32,536 bases of DNA. Source: a virus. Shown piece after piece: positions 8,390-17,184 of the stretch. A program made the position numbers and the translations under genes. The notes beneath the pieces are model-generated. The model did no database searches and was not told the origin of the DNA. It worked only from the letters and a program-made list of their open reading frames with translations. The stretch lies in IMG/VR virus record IMGVR_UViG_3300045988_121526; one strand, 5' to 3'. How positions within the stretch are numbered: position 1 is the stretch's first letter; each line of letters starts with the position of its first letter.

Positions 8390-11080
8390 GTGGCGGTCAC
8401 TTACAAGGGGCTTGTTATCAAGTTCGGCGGCGATACTACCGAGCTGCAAAGCGCCCTGAAGAAGGTTCAACAGGCATCGCGCGACACCCAAAGCGACTTG
8501 CGCGATATCAACAAGGCGCTGAAGTTCGACCCCGGCAACACCGAGCTGCTAGAGCAGAAGGTAAAGGCTCTCAACTCGGCATACGGCGAGACGAAGCAGA
8601 AGCTTGACGCTTACAAGCAAGCGCTCGCGCAGCTAGAGAGCAAGAAACAGAGCGGCGTGCAGCTCACGGCTCAGGAAGAACGGCAGTACGACAGCCTGAA
8701 GCGTGCGATTATGCAGTGCGAGCGCCAGCTTGACAGCTACGGCAGCGAGCTTGCGGACACGGCGCGCGAAGCCGACGCATCGCGCACGGCGCTTTACAAG
8801 GTGGGTCAGACAATCGAAGACAACGCCGACAAGCTTTCAAACGCCGGGTCTAAGATTTCGAGCGCGGGAACGGCGCTCTCTGGCGGCATCATCGGCGCTG
8901 CCGGTGCGCTTACCGGCCTTGCATCGAGCCAAGAGGAAGCCATACAGCAGAGCGGCCAGCTCGAAACCGCATGGGCGAGCGCTGGCGGCACCGCCGAGCA
9001 AGCATCTTCGACCTATGCGAGCTTCTACCGCATCCTTGGCGATTCTTCGTCTGCCACAGAAGCGAGCCAGAACCTAGCGCGCCTGACAACCAACGAGCAG
9101 GAATTGCAGCAGTGGACGGACATTGCCGCTGGCGCTTACGCCACGTTCGGCGACGCTCTGCCGCTTCAGAACTTGGCGGAAGCGGCGCAGGAGACGGCGC
9201 ACACCGGCACCGTCACGGGAGGTCTAGCCGACGCTCTCAACTGGTCTACGGCATCCGCCGAGCAGTGGAGCGCGGCGCTTTCCGGGCACTCTTCGGCTCA
9301 GGCCGCCTTCAATCAGGCCGTCGCTGAAGGCCAGACGAAAGAAGATGCCTTCAATGCAGCGCTTGCCGCGTGCGGAAGCGAGCAGGAACGGTCGCAGCTC
9401 ATCACCGAGACGCTTACCGGGCTTTACGCCGACGCTGGGCGGCAGTACCAAGAGACGAACAAAGACCTTCTCGCTTCGCGCGACGCGCAGAACGAGATGA
9501 ACCAGAGCATGCAGGAACTCGGCGAAGCGGCAATGCCAGTCAAGACCGCCGTAACCGAGATCGGGACGAGCCTTCTTAACACGCTCGCGCCCGCGCTCGA
9601 AGCCGTAACGGGCTGGTACAAGAATCTAACGCCAGAGCAGCAGACGCTTGTTAACAACCTCGCGCTCGGCGCGGTCGCCTTCGGCGGCGTGACAACCGCC
9701 ATAGGTAAGACCATGGAAGCGGCGGAGGGCGTGGGAAGCGCCTTCAAGACCGCTGGCGAGCTTTGGGGCGGCGCTAAGAAGCTCATGGGCGACACGGGCT
9801 TTCTAAGCAAGATCGGAACCGGCTTCTCTAACATCGTCACCAAGGCGGGCGGTCTTGGAAGCATGCTCGCCGGCACGCTGTCTAGCGGCTGGACGGGCTT
9901 CACCGGTCTTATCGCCGCACATCCTATCGGCCTTGGCGTTGCCGCCGTGTCCGCCGCCGTCGCTGGCCTTACGTGGTTCTTCACGCAGACCGAGACTGGT
10001 AAGCAGATGTGGTCTGACTTCACCGGTTGGATTTCGGAGAAGTGGCAAGCCGTGCAGGATTTCTTCGCTGGCGTGCCTGAGTTCTGGGGCGGAATCTGGG
10101 AGCAGGTCAGCACCGGCGTTTCGGACTTCTGCACCGGCGTTGGCGAGAAGTGGGAGCAGTTGAAGCAAGGAGCTTCCGACACTTGGGAGAACCTGAAGCA
10201 GGGCGCTTCCGATGCGTGGTCGAACATCAAGAACACCGCGCTTGAGTTCGGCGGCGGTCTTGTTGAGGGCGTTTCTAACTGGTGGAACAACCTAACCGGC
10301 AATACCGATTCGGCATTCGGGCAAATCGCTTCCACGGTTCAGAACGACATGAACACGGCTCAGACCGTCGGAAGCTCGGCGGCTGGCGCTCTACAAGCCG
10401 CGATGAACGGCGACTGGGAGACGGCGAAGAGCCAAGCGGCAAACGCCTTCAACGCGATTAAAGACAACATCGGCTCGAAGCTTGACGCTGCCGAGAGCAC
10501 GGCAGTTAGCATCGCAGACCGAATCGGCGACAAGCTGGGATTCCCCGGCCTTGGCTCGAAGGTGCAAGGCGTGTTCGACAGCATCAGGGGCTTCATCGAG
10601 AACCCGATTGAAAGCGCGTGGAACGCGATTTCCGGCATTCCGCAGAAGATCATGAACGCCTTCGGCGGAATCAAGATCAGCATTCCGAAGCCGAAGCTTC
10701 CGCACTTCAACGTGAGCTGGAACGAGTTCGGCCCGATTTCGCTGCCTAGCGTGAGCATCAGTTGGTACGCGCGCGGCGGCTACTTCGATGAGCCTTCAAT
10801 CGTCGGCGTTGGCGAAGCAGGCGGCGAGTTCATCGCGCCAGAGAAGCAGTTGCAAGGCTTCATCGAGACTTCGGTAAACCGCGCCTTCTCGCGGTTCGCC
10901 GACACGCCGAGCCAGCCAGCTAGCGTAGCCGTGACGGTTTACGCCACGGTCGCTGACGGCGTGGACGCATACGAAACAGGCCAGCAAATCGGCGCTGGCA
11001 TCGCAAGCAAGCTGAAGCAAAGGGGGGTGCCAGTTGCAACTAAGACGGACCAGGAACCAGCACGACCGAATCATCTTTAA
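8390..11080 (+). CDS. Tape measure protein
   Basis: 896 aa with a coiled-coil N-terminus, a central hydrophobic Gly/Ala-rich segment and repeated W..L/GASD.W.N.K motifs. It is the largest structural gene after the chaperones. Confidence 0.9.
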   Translation: MAVTYKGLVIKFGGDTTELQSALKKVQQASRDTQSDLRDINKALKFDPGNTELLEQKVKALNSAYGETKQKLDAYKQALAQLESKKQSGVQLTAQEERQYDSLKRAIMQCERQLDSYGSELADTAREADASRTALYKVGQTIEDNADKLSNAGSKISSAGTALSGGIIGAAGALTGLASSQEEAIQQSGQLETAWASAGGTAEQASSTYASFYRILGDSSSATEASQNLARLTTNEQELQQWTDIAAGAYATFGDALPLQNLAEAAQETAHTGTVTGGLADALNWSTASAEQWSAALSGHSSAQAAFNQAVAEGQTKEDAFNAALAACGSEQERSQLITETLTGLYADAGRQYQETNKDLLASRDAQNEMNQSMQELGEAAMPVKTAVTEIGTSLLNTLAPALEAVTGWYKNLTPEQQTLVNNLALGAVAFGGVTTAIGKTMEAAEGVGSAFKTAGELWGGAKKLMGDTGFLSKIGTGFSNIVTKAGGLGSMLAGTLSSGWTGFTGLIAAHPIGLGVAAVSAAVAGLTWFFTQTETGKQMWSDFTGWISEKWQAVQDFFAGVPEFWGGIWEQVSTGVSDFCTGVGEKWEQLKQGASDTWENLKQGASDAWSNIKNTALEFGGGLVEGVSNWWNNLTGNTDSAFGQIASTVQNDMNTAQTVGSSAAGALQAAMNGDWETAKSQAANAFNAIKDNIGSKLDAAESTAVSIADRIGDKLGFPGLGSKVQGVFDSIRGFIENPIESAWNAISGIPQKIMNAFGGIKISIPKPKLPHFNVSWNEFGPISLPSVSISWYARGGYFDEPSIVGVGEAGGEFIAPEKQLQGFIETSVNRAFSRFADTPSQPASVAVTVYATVADGVDAYETGQQIGAGIASKLKQRGVPVATKTDQEPARPNHL

Positions 11081-11771
11081 CGGCACCGACCTATCGAAGC
11101 TGGTTTACTGCAAGGTGCGCCGCCCCATCATGGCGACCGTCAACGCGACGTTCGAGAGCGTGCCGGGGCGGCATGGCGAAGTTTTCAAGAGCGCCTACCG
11201 TGGCGGCTACGACCTTCCCGTTGAGATTTGGCTTAGGACTGAAGACCGCCGCGAGGTCGCGGATATGCGACACAAGCTCGCGGCGGCTCTCTGGACTGAC
11301 GAACCCGCGCCGCTCTACCTTCCCGATGACCCGACGCGCTACCTGCTCGCAATCGCGAGCGGCAGCACCGACCTTGACGAGATCACCGACGATTGCCCGA
11401 CTACAACCGTGACTTTCCATATTGGCGACCCCGACTATTACGGCCAGCGCCGCCGCATGGAGGTTTCGGCGGGCAACGTCTACGTCAACGCTGGCGGCAA
11501 CCGCCCCGCTCATCTGCAAGTGACGGCGAAGCCCGCCGCTGGCAGCACGTGGAGGATTACGAACGTCGATACCGGCGAGTTCGTGGCTGTCAATACGCCG
11601 CTCACGTCTTCAAGCACCATACGTCTTGACATGGCGACCGAGCACGCGACGGTCAACAACCAGACCGCGCCGGTAACGATTGATTCTGATTACTTCGAGA
11701 TAAGCGGGCGGTGCCACCTGAACATCACCAGCGGCACGGCGGTACTAGAGTGGGTGGAACGATGGCTTTAA
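11034..11771 (+). CDS. Distal tail protein (Dit, siphovirus tail component)
   Basis: TTG start after aagggggg, 245 aa, immediately after the tape measure. Confidence 0.7.
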   Translation: MQLRRTRNQHDRIIFNGTDLSKLVYCKVRRPIMATVNATFESVPGRHGEVFKSAYRGGYDLPVEIWLRTEDRREVADMRHKLAAALWTDEPAPLYLPDDPTRYLLAIASGSTDLDEITDDCPTTTVTFHIGDPDYYGQRRRMEVSAGNVYVNAGGNRPAHLQVTAKPAAGSTWRITNVDTGEFVAVNTPLTSSSTIRLDMATEHATVNNQTAPVTIDSDYFEISGRCHLNITSGTAVLEWVERWL

Positions 11772-14323
11772 TTAGACGCATAGGCTTCACCCGCTTCAGC
11801 CGTTGGGGCGACAATCTTGGGCGGCTCACGGTGAGCGCCGCGACGCATACAGACGCGCTGGACGGAACCGACGAGCTGAACATCACGTGCGCCGAAGACC
11901 TCGTGAAGGGCGACCGCGTAGTCTGGATTGACCTTCGGGGCGTTTGCCACGAACACATCGTTGACACCATCGACCGAGTGCACGACGATGACGGCGCGCC
12001 TGAAACGCAAGCCGTCTGCATCAACTCGGTGAACGAGACGTGGGATGACTGGCTGGACGATAAGCGGCCTTCCGGCAGCGTGTCGGTAGCCCTCGCGTCA
12101 ATCCTCGCAGACACGCGCTGGGAGGTCGGCACGTGCGATCAGGGCGGCAGCGCTTCGCGCACCTTCTACCACGAGAGCGTGCGCGAGGGCTTGGCGGGAA
12201 TCATCGAGACGTGGGGCGGCGAGCTTGAAACGCTCATCGTCCACGACGGCGCGAGGATCGTTAGCCGCCGCGTGGGCGTGCGCGCCAAGCGAGGCAACCA
12301 GAGCAGCGCCAAGCGGTTCACGTGGACTAAAGACCTCGTTTCCGTCAAGCGCTCCGTTGCGAGCGACAACCCGAAAACGCGCGTCTACGGATACGGCAAG
12401 GGTGTTGAGACGGAGAGCGGCGGCTACGGTCGCCGCCTTACCTTCGGCGATATCAACGACGGCAAAGACTACGTGGAGGATTCCGACGCTACAACCGTTT
12501 GGGGGCACCCTGACGGCGAGGGCGGCATTCTTCCCGCCGTCGCGTCATACATCAACGAGCAGTGCGAGGACGCGGCGCAGCTCTTGCAGGAAACGAAAGA
12601 CTACCTAGAGCAGGTTAAGGAGCCGAAAGTAACCTATACAGCTTCGGTTATCGACCTATACGCCTTCGGTCGCTCGTGGGAGGGCGTGGGTGTTGGCGAT
12701 GATGTTGCAATCATCGACAAGGGCTTTTCTGCCGAGGGCGTGCGCCTTCATGGCCGCGTGTCTCAGATTGAGCGCGACTTGCTCACCGGCGACGCGACCG
12801 TGACGTTCGGCATGCTTACGGACACGATGGCCGACATGTGGCAGAGCGTCAACGCCGCCCTGAAGAGCAACAGCCAGCAAAACGCGCTATACGACGCTGC
12901 GGCTGGCACGTCGGTATCGTGGCTCATTCAGCTTCAGCAAGCGCTCAACGCTCAGTTCAACGCGGTTGGCACCTACCATGTCGAGACGTTCGAGCTTGGC
13001 GAGATTTGGAGCAACGTACCGCTGAACCCCGAAACGGGTTTGCCGGTCAAGGCGACCGCCGACATGTGGGCTATCAACGTCAACGGGCGCGGCCAGCGGT
13101 TGGCCGCTGGCCTTACGTCAGACGGTCAATGGGATTGGCGAACGTTCTTCACGGGCGGCATGGTGACTGCCGATGTTATCAACGCTGGCACCATGAAGGC
13201 AGACCGCGTGCGCGCCGGTCTGCTCACCGACGAGAAGGGAAACAACTACTGGGATTTGACCAGCGGCGAGTTCTCGCTTTCTGCTGGCGCTAAGCTCGGC
13301 GACACGAGCGTTGAAGACCTTTTTAACGGAATTAACGAACTCGATAAGACGATGGACGGCATAGCCGAAGACGGCATCATAACCGAAGCCGAGCACGCCG
13401 CCGTATCTAAGATCATGCAGACCGTTGAGAAGGAAAGCGCCGACGTTGAAAGCGAGTACACCGCTCTTATCAACAGCGATGACCTGCAAGCTCAGTTCAA
13501 AGCGGTTCTTCAAGCGCAGTATGAAGCGGTTTACAGCGTCAATGGCACGCACGCTAGGCTTGAGCTGATGATTCAGAATGTGCTTGCAACGACAACAGCC
13601 GAAGAGCTGGCGGACGCAATGCAACTCTACGAAATCGCTTACAGCAACTATTCGGACACGCTGAAAACGTACTACTCCGCCGCGCGGCAAGCCCAAAGCA
13701 TGATTGAGCAGAAACAAGCGCAAGACAAGGTGGACGATCTGGACGATTCCCTCACGCAACGTGAGGTTTTCAACCGGCTGACGAACAACGGCGCTACGCA
13801 GGGAATCTACCTAAGCGGCGGTCTGCTCTATATCAACGCTACCTACATCGAAACCGGCACGATCAGCGACCGTCTGGGGCGTAACACGTGGAACCTGAGC
13901 ACTGGAAAGCTCACGACTAACTACATGACCGCGAACAACATAGATGCAAGCGGAACGTTCGAATGCGGTAGCGTTTCAAACCTGCTCAGGATTGCGAGCG
14001 GTGCGGTATACGGATTCGAGAACAGCGAGCAAATCGGAAAGATTGACTTCTCCGCACACTCCTACAACATTGACGATCCGTCAATCAAGTATCGCGGCAT
14101 TCAGATTACGGCAGAAGGCACGGTGCGCATCAGTTCGCCGCAGATTTCGACTGCCGTATCAAGCAATCAGAGTACGACAGCGACCATCTGCACAACGAAA
14201 GATTCGAGTGTCACGTACATTAGCGAGATTAGAGATGACGGAGACGGAACAATTTCTTGGTCTTGGAAAACGCGATCCATCAACTTCAAGAACGGGTTAT
14301 GCACATACTGCGGACTGGACTAG
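11762..14323 (+). CDS. Tail-associated protein (Tal / prophage tail endopeptidase-like N-terminus) with a long coiled-coil and fibre-like C-terminal extension
   Basis: ATG 11762 overlaps the Dit stop. 853 aa, in third position after the tape measure. No sheath gene is present, so the tail is non-contractile. Confidence 0.72.
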   Translation: MALIRRIGFTRFSRWGDNLGRLTVSAATHTDALDGTDELNITCAEDLVKGDRVVWIDLRGVCHEHIVDTIDRVHDDDGAPETQAVCINSVNETWDDWLDDKRPSGSVSVALASILADTRWEVGTCDQGGSASRTFYHESVREGLAGIIETWGGELETLIVHDGARIVSRRVGVRAKRGNQSSAKRFTWTKDLVSVKRSVASDNPKTRVYGYGKGVETESGGYGRRLTFGDINDGKDYVEDSDATTVWGHPDGEGGILPAVASYINEQCEDAAQLLQETKDYLEQVKEPKVTYTASVIDLYAFGRSWEGVGVGDDVAIIDKGFSAEGVRLHGRVSQIERDLLTGDATVTFGMLTDTMADMWQSVNAALKSNSQQNALYDAAAGTSVSWLIQLQQALNAQFNAVGTYHVETFELGEIWSNVPLNPETGLPVKATADMWAINVNGRGQRLAAGLTSDGQWDWRTFFTGGMVTADVINAGTMKADRVRAGLLTDEKGNNYWDLTSGEFSLSAGAKLGDTSVEDLFNGINELDKTMDGIAEDGIITEAEHAAVSKIMQTVEKESADVESEYTALINSDDLQAQFKAVLQAQYEAVYSVNGTHARLELMIQNVLATTTAEELADAMQLYEIAYSNYSDTLKTYYSAARQAQSMIEQKQAQDKVDDLDDSLTQREVFNRLTNNGATQGIYLSGGLLYINATYIETGTISDRLGRNTWNLSTGKLTTNYMTANNIDASGTFECGSVSNLLRIASGAVYGFENSEQIGKIDFSAHSYNIDDPSIKYRGIQITAEGTVRISSPQISTAVSSNQSTTATICTTKDSSVTYISEIRDDGDGTISWSWKTRSINFKNGLCTYCGLD

Positions 14324-14334
14324 GGAGGTATTTC

Positions 14335-14733
14335 ATGGCGACTATTTATTACGTTGCTCACGACCCGCTAAGCAACTCGGAAGCAGTCATTACTGAGTAC
14401 GACAGCGAGCTTCTTAAGAAAGCCGCTGAGGGCGGAATTGTATTCATCGCCGTTGACGATGATGGAAGCCGTTCCATCGTTCCCGTTGACGACGTAAAGG
14501 AGCCTGAGAACCGCGAAGGCTCGTTCACCATCGTTCAGCCCATATACGTCGATGACAGGGTTAGAGCTGTCGTTGACGTATTCGACGCTCTGGCTGCGAG
14601 CGTGCCAGCCGTCGCCGCGAGCGCGGACGTGCAGCCCGTGTCTAGCAAGGCGCGATCTGCTATGAGCTTCGCCGAAGCGCTCGCCGCCCTCCGCGCGCTC
14701 GCTTACGGAACCGGCGAGGAAGGCGGCGAGTGA
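14335..14733 (+). CDS. Hypothetical tail-module protein
   Basis: ATG follows agggagg. 132 aa. No family recognised. Confidence 0.6.
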   Translation: MATIYYVAHDPLSNSEAVITEYDSELLKKAAEGGIVFIAVDDDGSRSIVPVDDVKEPENREGSFTIVQPIYVDDRVRAVVDVFDALAASVPAVAASADVQPVSSKARSAMSFAEALAALRALAYGTGEEGGE

Positions 14734-15734
14734 TGAGCAACACACGGACGCTTGAACTCGATATCTCGAAGGAGGGAACGGGAACCTGCGTCAAGGTGGG
14801 TCAGGGCGACGATGGCGGAACCACCATCAAGGCGCTTATCTACGACAACGGAGCCGAGTTCTCGCTTTCCGGCGCGACGGTGTGGCTCGTGGTGCTTCTA
14901 CCGAACAAGAGAAACTACTATCGCGGCCAGTGCACCGTGAGCGGAAACGCCGCAACCATCACGGTTGACGAATCGAAGCTTTGCAGCGTGTCCGGCTACA
15001 CCGACGAAGCCTACTTCACGATCACGAAGAGCGGTGCAACCTACTCAACGGAGCGCTTCGCTATCGAAATCCTGCGAAGCGCTCTTGACGGCCAGCAGCC
15101 CGCGCAGAACTGGGACGATGCCGTTCAAGACCTCATCGACCGTGGAGAGACGGCGGTAAAGAACGCCAACAGCGCAGCGAGCGCGGCGAACACAGCCGCT
15201 GGTGAGGCAAACACGGCTGCGAGCACAGCGAACAGCGCCGCGACGGCCGCGAACAACGCGGCAGATGCCGCAAACACCGCCGCATCCGCCGCCAACACGG
15301 CGGAGCAGAACGCCGACGCTGCGACCACGGCTGCGAACAACGCGGCATCAGCCGCCAACACCGCCAAGCAGAACGCCGACGAGGCAACATCCAACGCCAA
15401 CGCCGCCGCGAACGCGGCGAACACAGCCGCTTCAAGCGCCAACGCTGCCGCTGCTGCGGCAAATGGCGCGGCAGAGGATGCAACGGCGGCTGCTCAGAAC
15501 GCGCTAAACATCGCAAACTCAATCGCGGCAATCGAACCGCCGTCAGACAGCGAGGTTCAAGAGCTGCGCGAAGAGAACGCGACGCTCGCGACGGCGCTTG
15601 TAGAGCTACAGGACGGCTACATAGTTCTTGGCGAAACGGCGTACATGCCAACGAACAGGCGAAGCGCGCTGTCTGGCGAAACGCTCACCGTCGCCCAGGC
15701 GACCATGAGCGGCGAGACGGCAACGCTCAACTAA
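14733..15734 (+). CDS. BppU-like (baseplate upper protein N-domain-like) fibre protein with an Ala/Asn heptad stalk
   Basis: The N-terminal ~135 aa (LELDISKEG...IKALIYDNG..F.LSGATV...ITVDES...) resembles phage BppU N-domains. About 17 heptads of ANxAAxx follow. TGATG overlap with the previous gene. Confidence 0.65.
   Translation: MSNTRTLELDISKEGTGTCVKVGQGDDGGTTIKALIYDNGAEFSLSGATVWLVVLLPNKRNYYRGQCTVSGNAATITVDESKLCSVSGYTDEAYFTITKSGATYSTERFAIEILRSALDGQQPAQNWDDAVQDLIDRGETAVKNANSAASAANTAAGEANTAASTANSAATAANNAADAANTAASAANTAEQNADAATTAANNAASAANTAKQNADEATSNANAAANAANTAASSANAAAAAANGAAEDATAAAQNALNIANSIAAIEPPSDSEVQELREENATLATALVELQDGYIVLGETAYMPTNRRSALSGETLTVAQATMSGETATLN
15165..15536 (+). repeat. About 17 tandem 21-nt (heptad) repeats encoding ANSAASA/ANTAASA/ANNAADA...
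   Basis: Reading the translation in blocks of 7 keeps Ala at positions 1, 4 and 5 and Asn at position 2 through nearly the whole stretch. Confidence 0.85.
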
Positions 15735-15749
15735 GGAAGGAGAAAAGCA

Positions 15750-16652
15750 ATGGCCGACTTGTCGAAGTTCTCTATCGGCGGAACCGCCTACAATCTGAAG
15801 GATTCTTCTGCGCGCAACACGGCGAACGCCGTAACGACTGCTGAGGAATACGACCGACAGCACAACACAAACTCTTACGCTGGGCGCTCGCTCGCTTCGG
15901 TCTTCGCAAACGAGATCGGGAGCAGCGACGTTTACACATGGCTTCGGAACCGCGTTCGAAGCGCCAACTTCGCCGGTCTTCGCATCGGCGATTACATCGA
16001 CGTTCCCATCACGGCGGGCGCTAACGTGCCGTCGCAGACGGTGCGCTACCGCATCGGCGCTATCGACCACTATTACCAGTGCGGCGACACAGCGAAGGGG
16101 CACCATATCGTCATGGTGCCGCTCGCGCCCGTGAGCGTCACCGGCGACAAGGCATCAAACACCAGCTACCTTCAGTGGCGCGAGACGAACGACAACAACG
16201 GCACCGCCGAGGAAAAGCACCCTTACTTGGTTTCGAAGCTGCACGACTGGGAAATCAACGACTTCCTGCCAGCTCTGCCGACCGCGCTTCAGAACGCGAT
16301 CATGGCGCAGCGCGTGCTTCTCGAAGAGCGCTATTCGTCTTCGGAGAAGCTTACGGAAGCGAGCGGTTGGAGCTGGGCGGACTTGGGCAAGATTTGGTCG
16401 CCTTCAGAGATGGAGGTTTACGGGTGCCCGGTCTGGGGCAGCAAGGGCTACTCTGTCGGCTTCGATAGCCAGTTCCCCATCTTCACCGACACCGCAAGCC
16501 GCATCGCGGGCGGTCGCGTCGATTGGTGGCTGCGCTCCGTCATGGGCGGGTCTTCGTCCAACGCGTGCTATGTCAGCAGCAACGGCACTGCCAGCAACAA
16601 TGCCCCGACGCACGACTGGACACGCCCCCTGCCGTGCTTCCTCCTAGGCTGA
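15750..16652 (+). CDS. DGR target protein: putative receptor-binding tail-fibre tip with a C-terminal variable region (CLec-type ...WWLRS... signature)
   Basis: ATG follows ggaaggag. The last ~43 codons coincide with VR. The C-terminus DWWLRSVMGGSSSNACYVSSNGTASNNAPTHDWTRPLPCF matches the TR-encoded NWWLRSVMGGSSSNACNVNSNGNANNNAPTNDWIRPLP. Confidence 0.85.
   Translation: MADLSKFSIGGTAYNLKDSSARNTANAVTTAEEYDRQHNTNSYAGRSLASVFANEIGSSDVYTWLRNRVRSANFAGLRIGDYIDVPITAGANVPSQTVRYRIGAIDHYYQCGDTAKGHHIVMVPLAPVSVTGDKASNTSYLQWRETNDNNGTAEEKHPYLVSKLHDWEINDFLPALPTALQNAIMAQRVLLEERYSSSEKLTEASGWSWADLGKIWSPSEMEVYGCPVWGSKGYSVGFDSQFPIFTDTASRIAGGRVDWWLRSVMGGSSSNACYVSSNGTASNNAPTHDWTRPLPCFLLG
16514..16641 (+). repeat. 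DGR variable repeat (VR)
   Basis: 128 bp aligns without gaps to 17213..17340 (119/128 identical). Eight of the 9 mismatches are TR-A to VR-non-A. Confidence 0.9.
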
Positions 16653-16663
16653 TAAAATCAGCC
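16647..16663 (+). promoter_or_regulatory. Hairpin ggctga-taaaa-tcagcc just 3' of VR (includes the target stop codon); candidate DGR target-recognition hairpin
   Basis: 6-bp perfect stem with a 5-nt loop, 6 nt after the end of VR/TR homology. Confidence 0.4.
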
Positions 16664-16680
16664 GTACTAGGTACTGGTCT

Positions 16681-16740
16681 GGCGCATGCCTTGCGCATGC
16701 GCCTTTGCTTCCCCGCGCGAAGCGCGGGAGAAGCAATTTT
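16681..16740 (+). terminator. Two consecutive GC-rich hairpins; the second is followed by a T-run (terminator of the tail/target operon)
   Basis: Hairpin 1: ggcgcatgc-cttgc-gcatgcgcc (16681..16703) followed by ttt. Hairpin 2: gcttccccgcgc-gaa-gcgcgggagaagc (16707..16734, one bulge) followed by aatttt. Confidence 0.6.
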
Positions 16741-16772
16741 CAAAAATCACGGAGGGGGGGGGATGTTGAAAA

Positions 16773-17183
16773 TTGAGCGGCGTATATGTGCGGAACCGCA
16801 ACCTAAGCTCGTTCGAGTATTTCAACACTGCTGTTTCGATTCGAAACGACGTGACGCGTCTTGTGGCTTCGTCGGCGGTGCCGAAGTCTTATCGCTTCAT
16901 CCTCGCCGTCCCCATGGCGGAGACGGCGCGAAGCTTGGTGTTCAATCTGGTTAAGGCTGATGCCTTCTACCCGAACACGGCTCGCAACGTCGAAGAGCGC
17001 AAGCATTACATGACGCTTGCGATAGCGGACTTGCAGCAGCTATACCAAGACCTGCAATGCCTTATGGCTATGAACCTGCCGGTGAAGGTCGCGCGGTTCG
17101 AAGCGATATCAGAGAGCATAGAGAGCGACATAAAGCTGATAAAGGGCGCTCGCGCGGGCGTGAAGCTCATCGGGAAGGGGTAA
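16773..17183 (+). CDS. avd: DGR accessory variability determinant (Avd-like)
   Basis: 136-aa basic, apparently all-helical ORF between VR and TR, matching bAvd in size and position. The start is uncertain (TTG 16773 or GTG 16788), downstream of the ggag+G9 tract. Confidence 0.72.
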   Translation: MSGVYVRNRNLSSFEYFNTAVSIRNDVTRLVASSAVPKSYRFILAVPMAETARSLVFNLVKADAFYPNTARNVEERKHYMTLAIADLQQLYQDLQCLMAMNLPVKVARFEAISESIESDIKLIKGARAGVKLIGKG

Positions 17184-17184
17184 A

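Noticed and set aside
15125-15651. Long ORFs on both strands across the heptad region (15125..15442-, 15133..15651-, 15202..15507+)
   Set aside because: They are artefacts of the 21-nt GC-rich repeats, which stay open in several frames. Only the frame contiguous with the BppU-like N-domain gives a regular heptad.
16763-16954. ATG 16763, directly after the ggag+G9 tract, as the avd start
   Set aside because: That frame gives MLKIERRICAEPQPKLVRVFQHCCFDSKRRDASCGF..., an implausible peptide. The helical Avd-like sequence is in the frame opened by TTG 16773 or GTG 16788.
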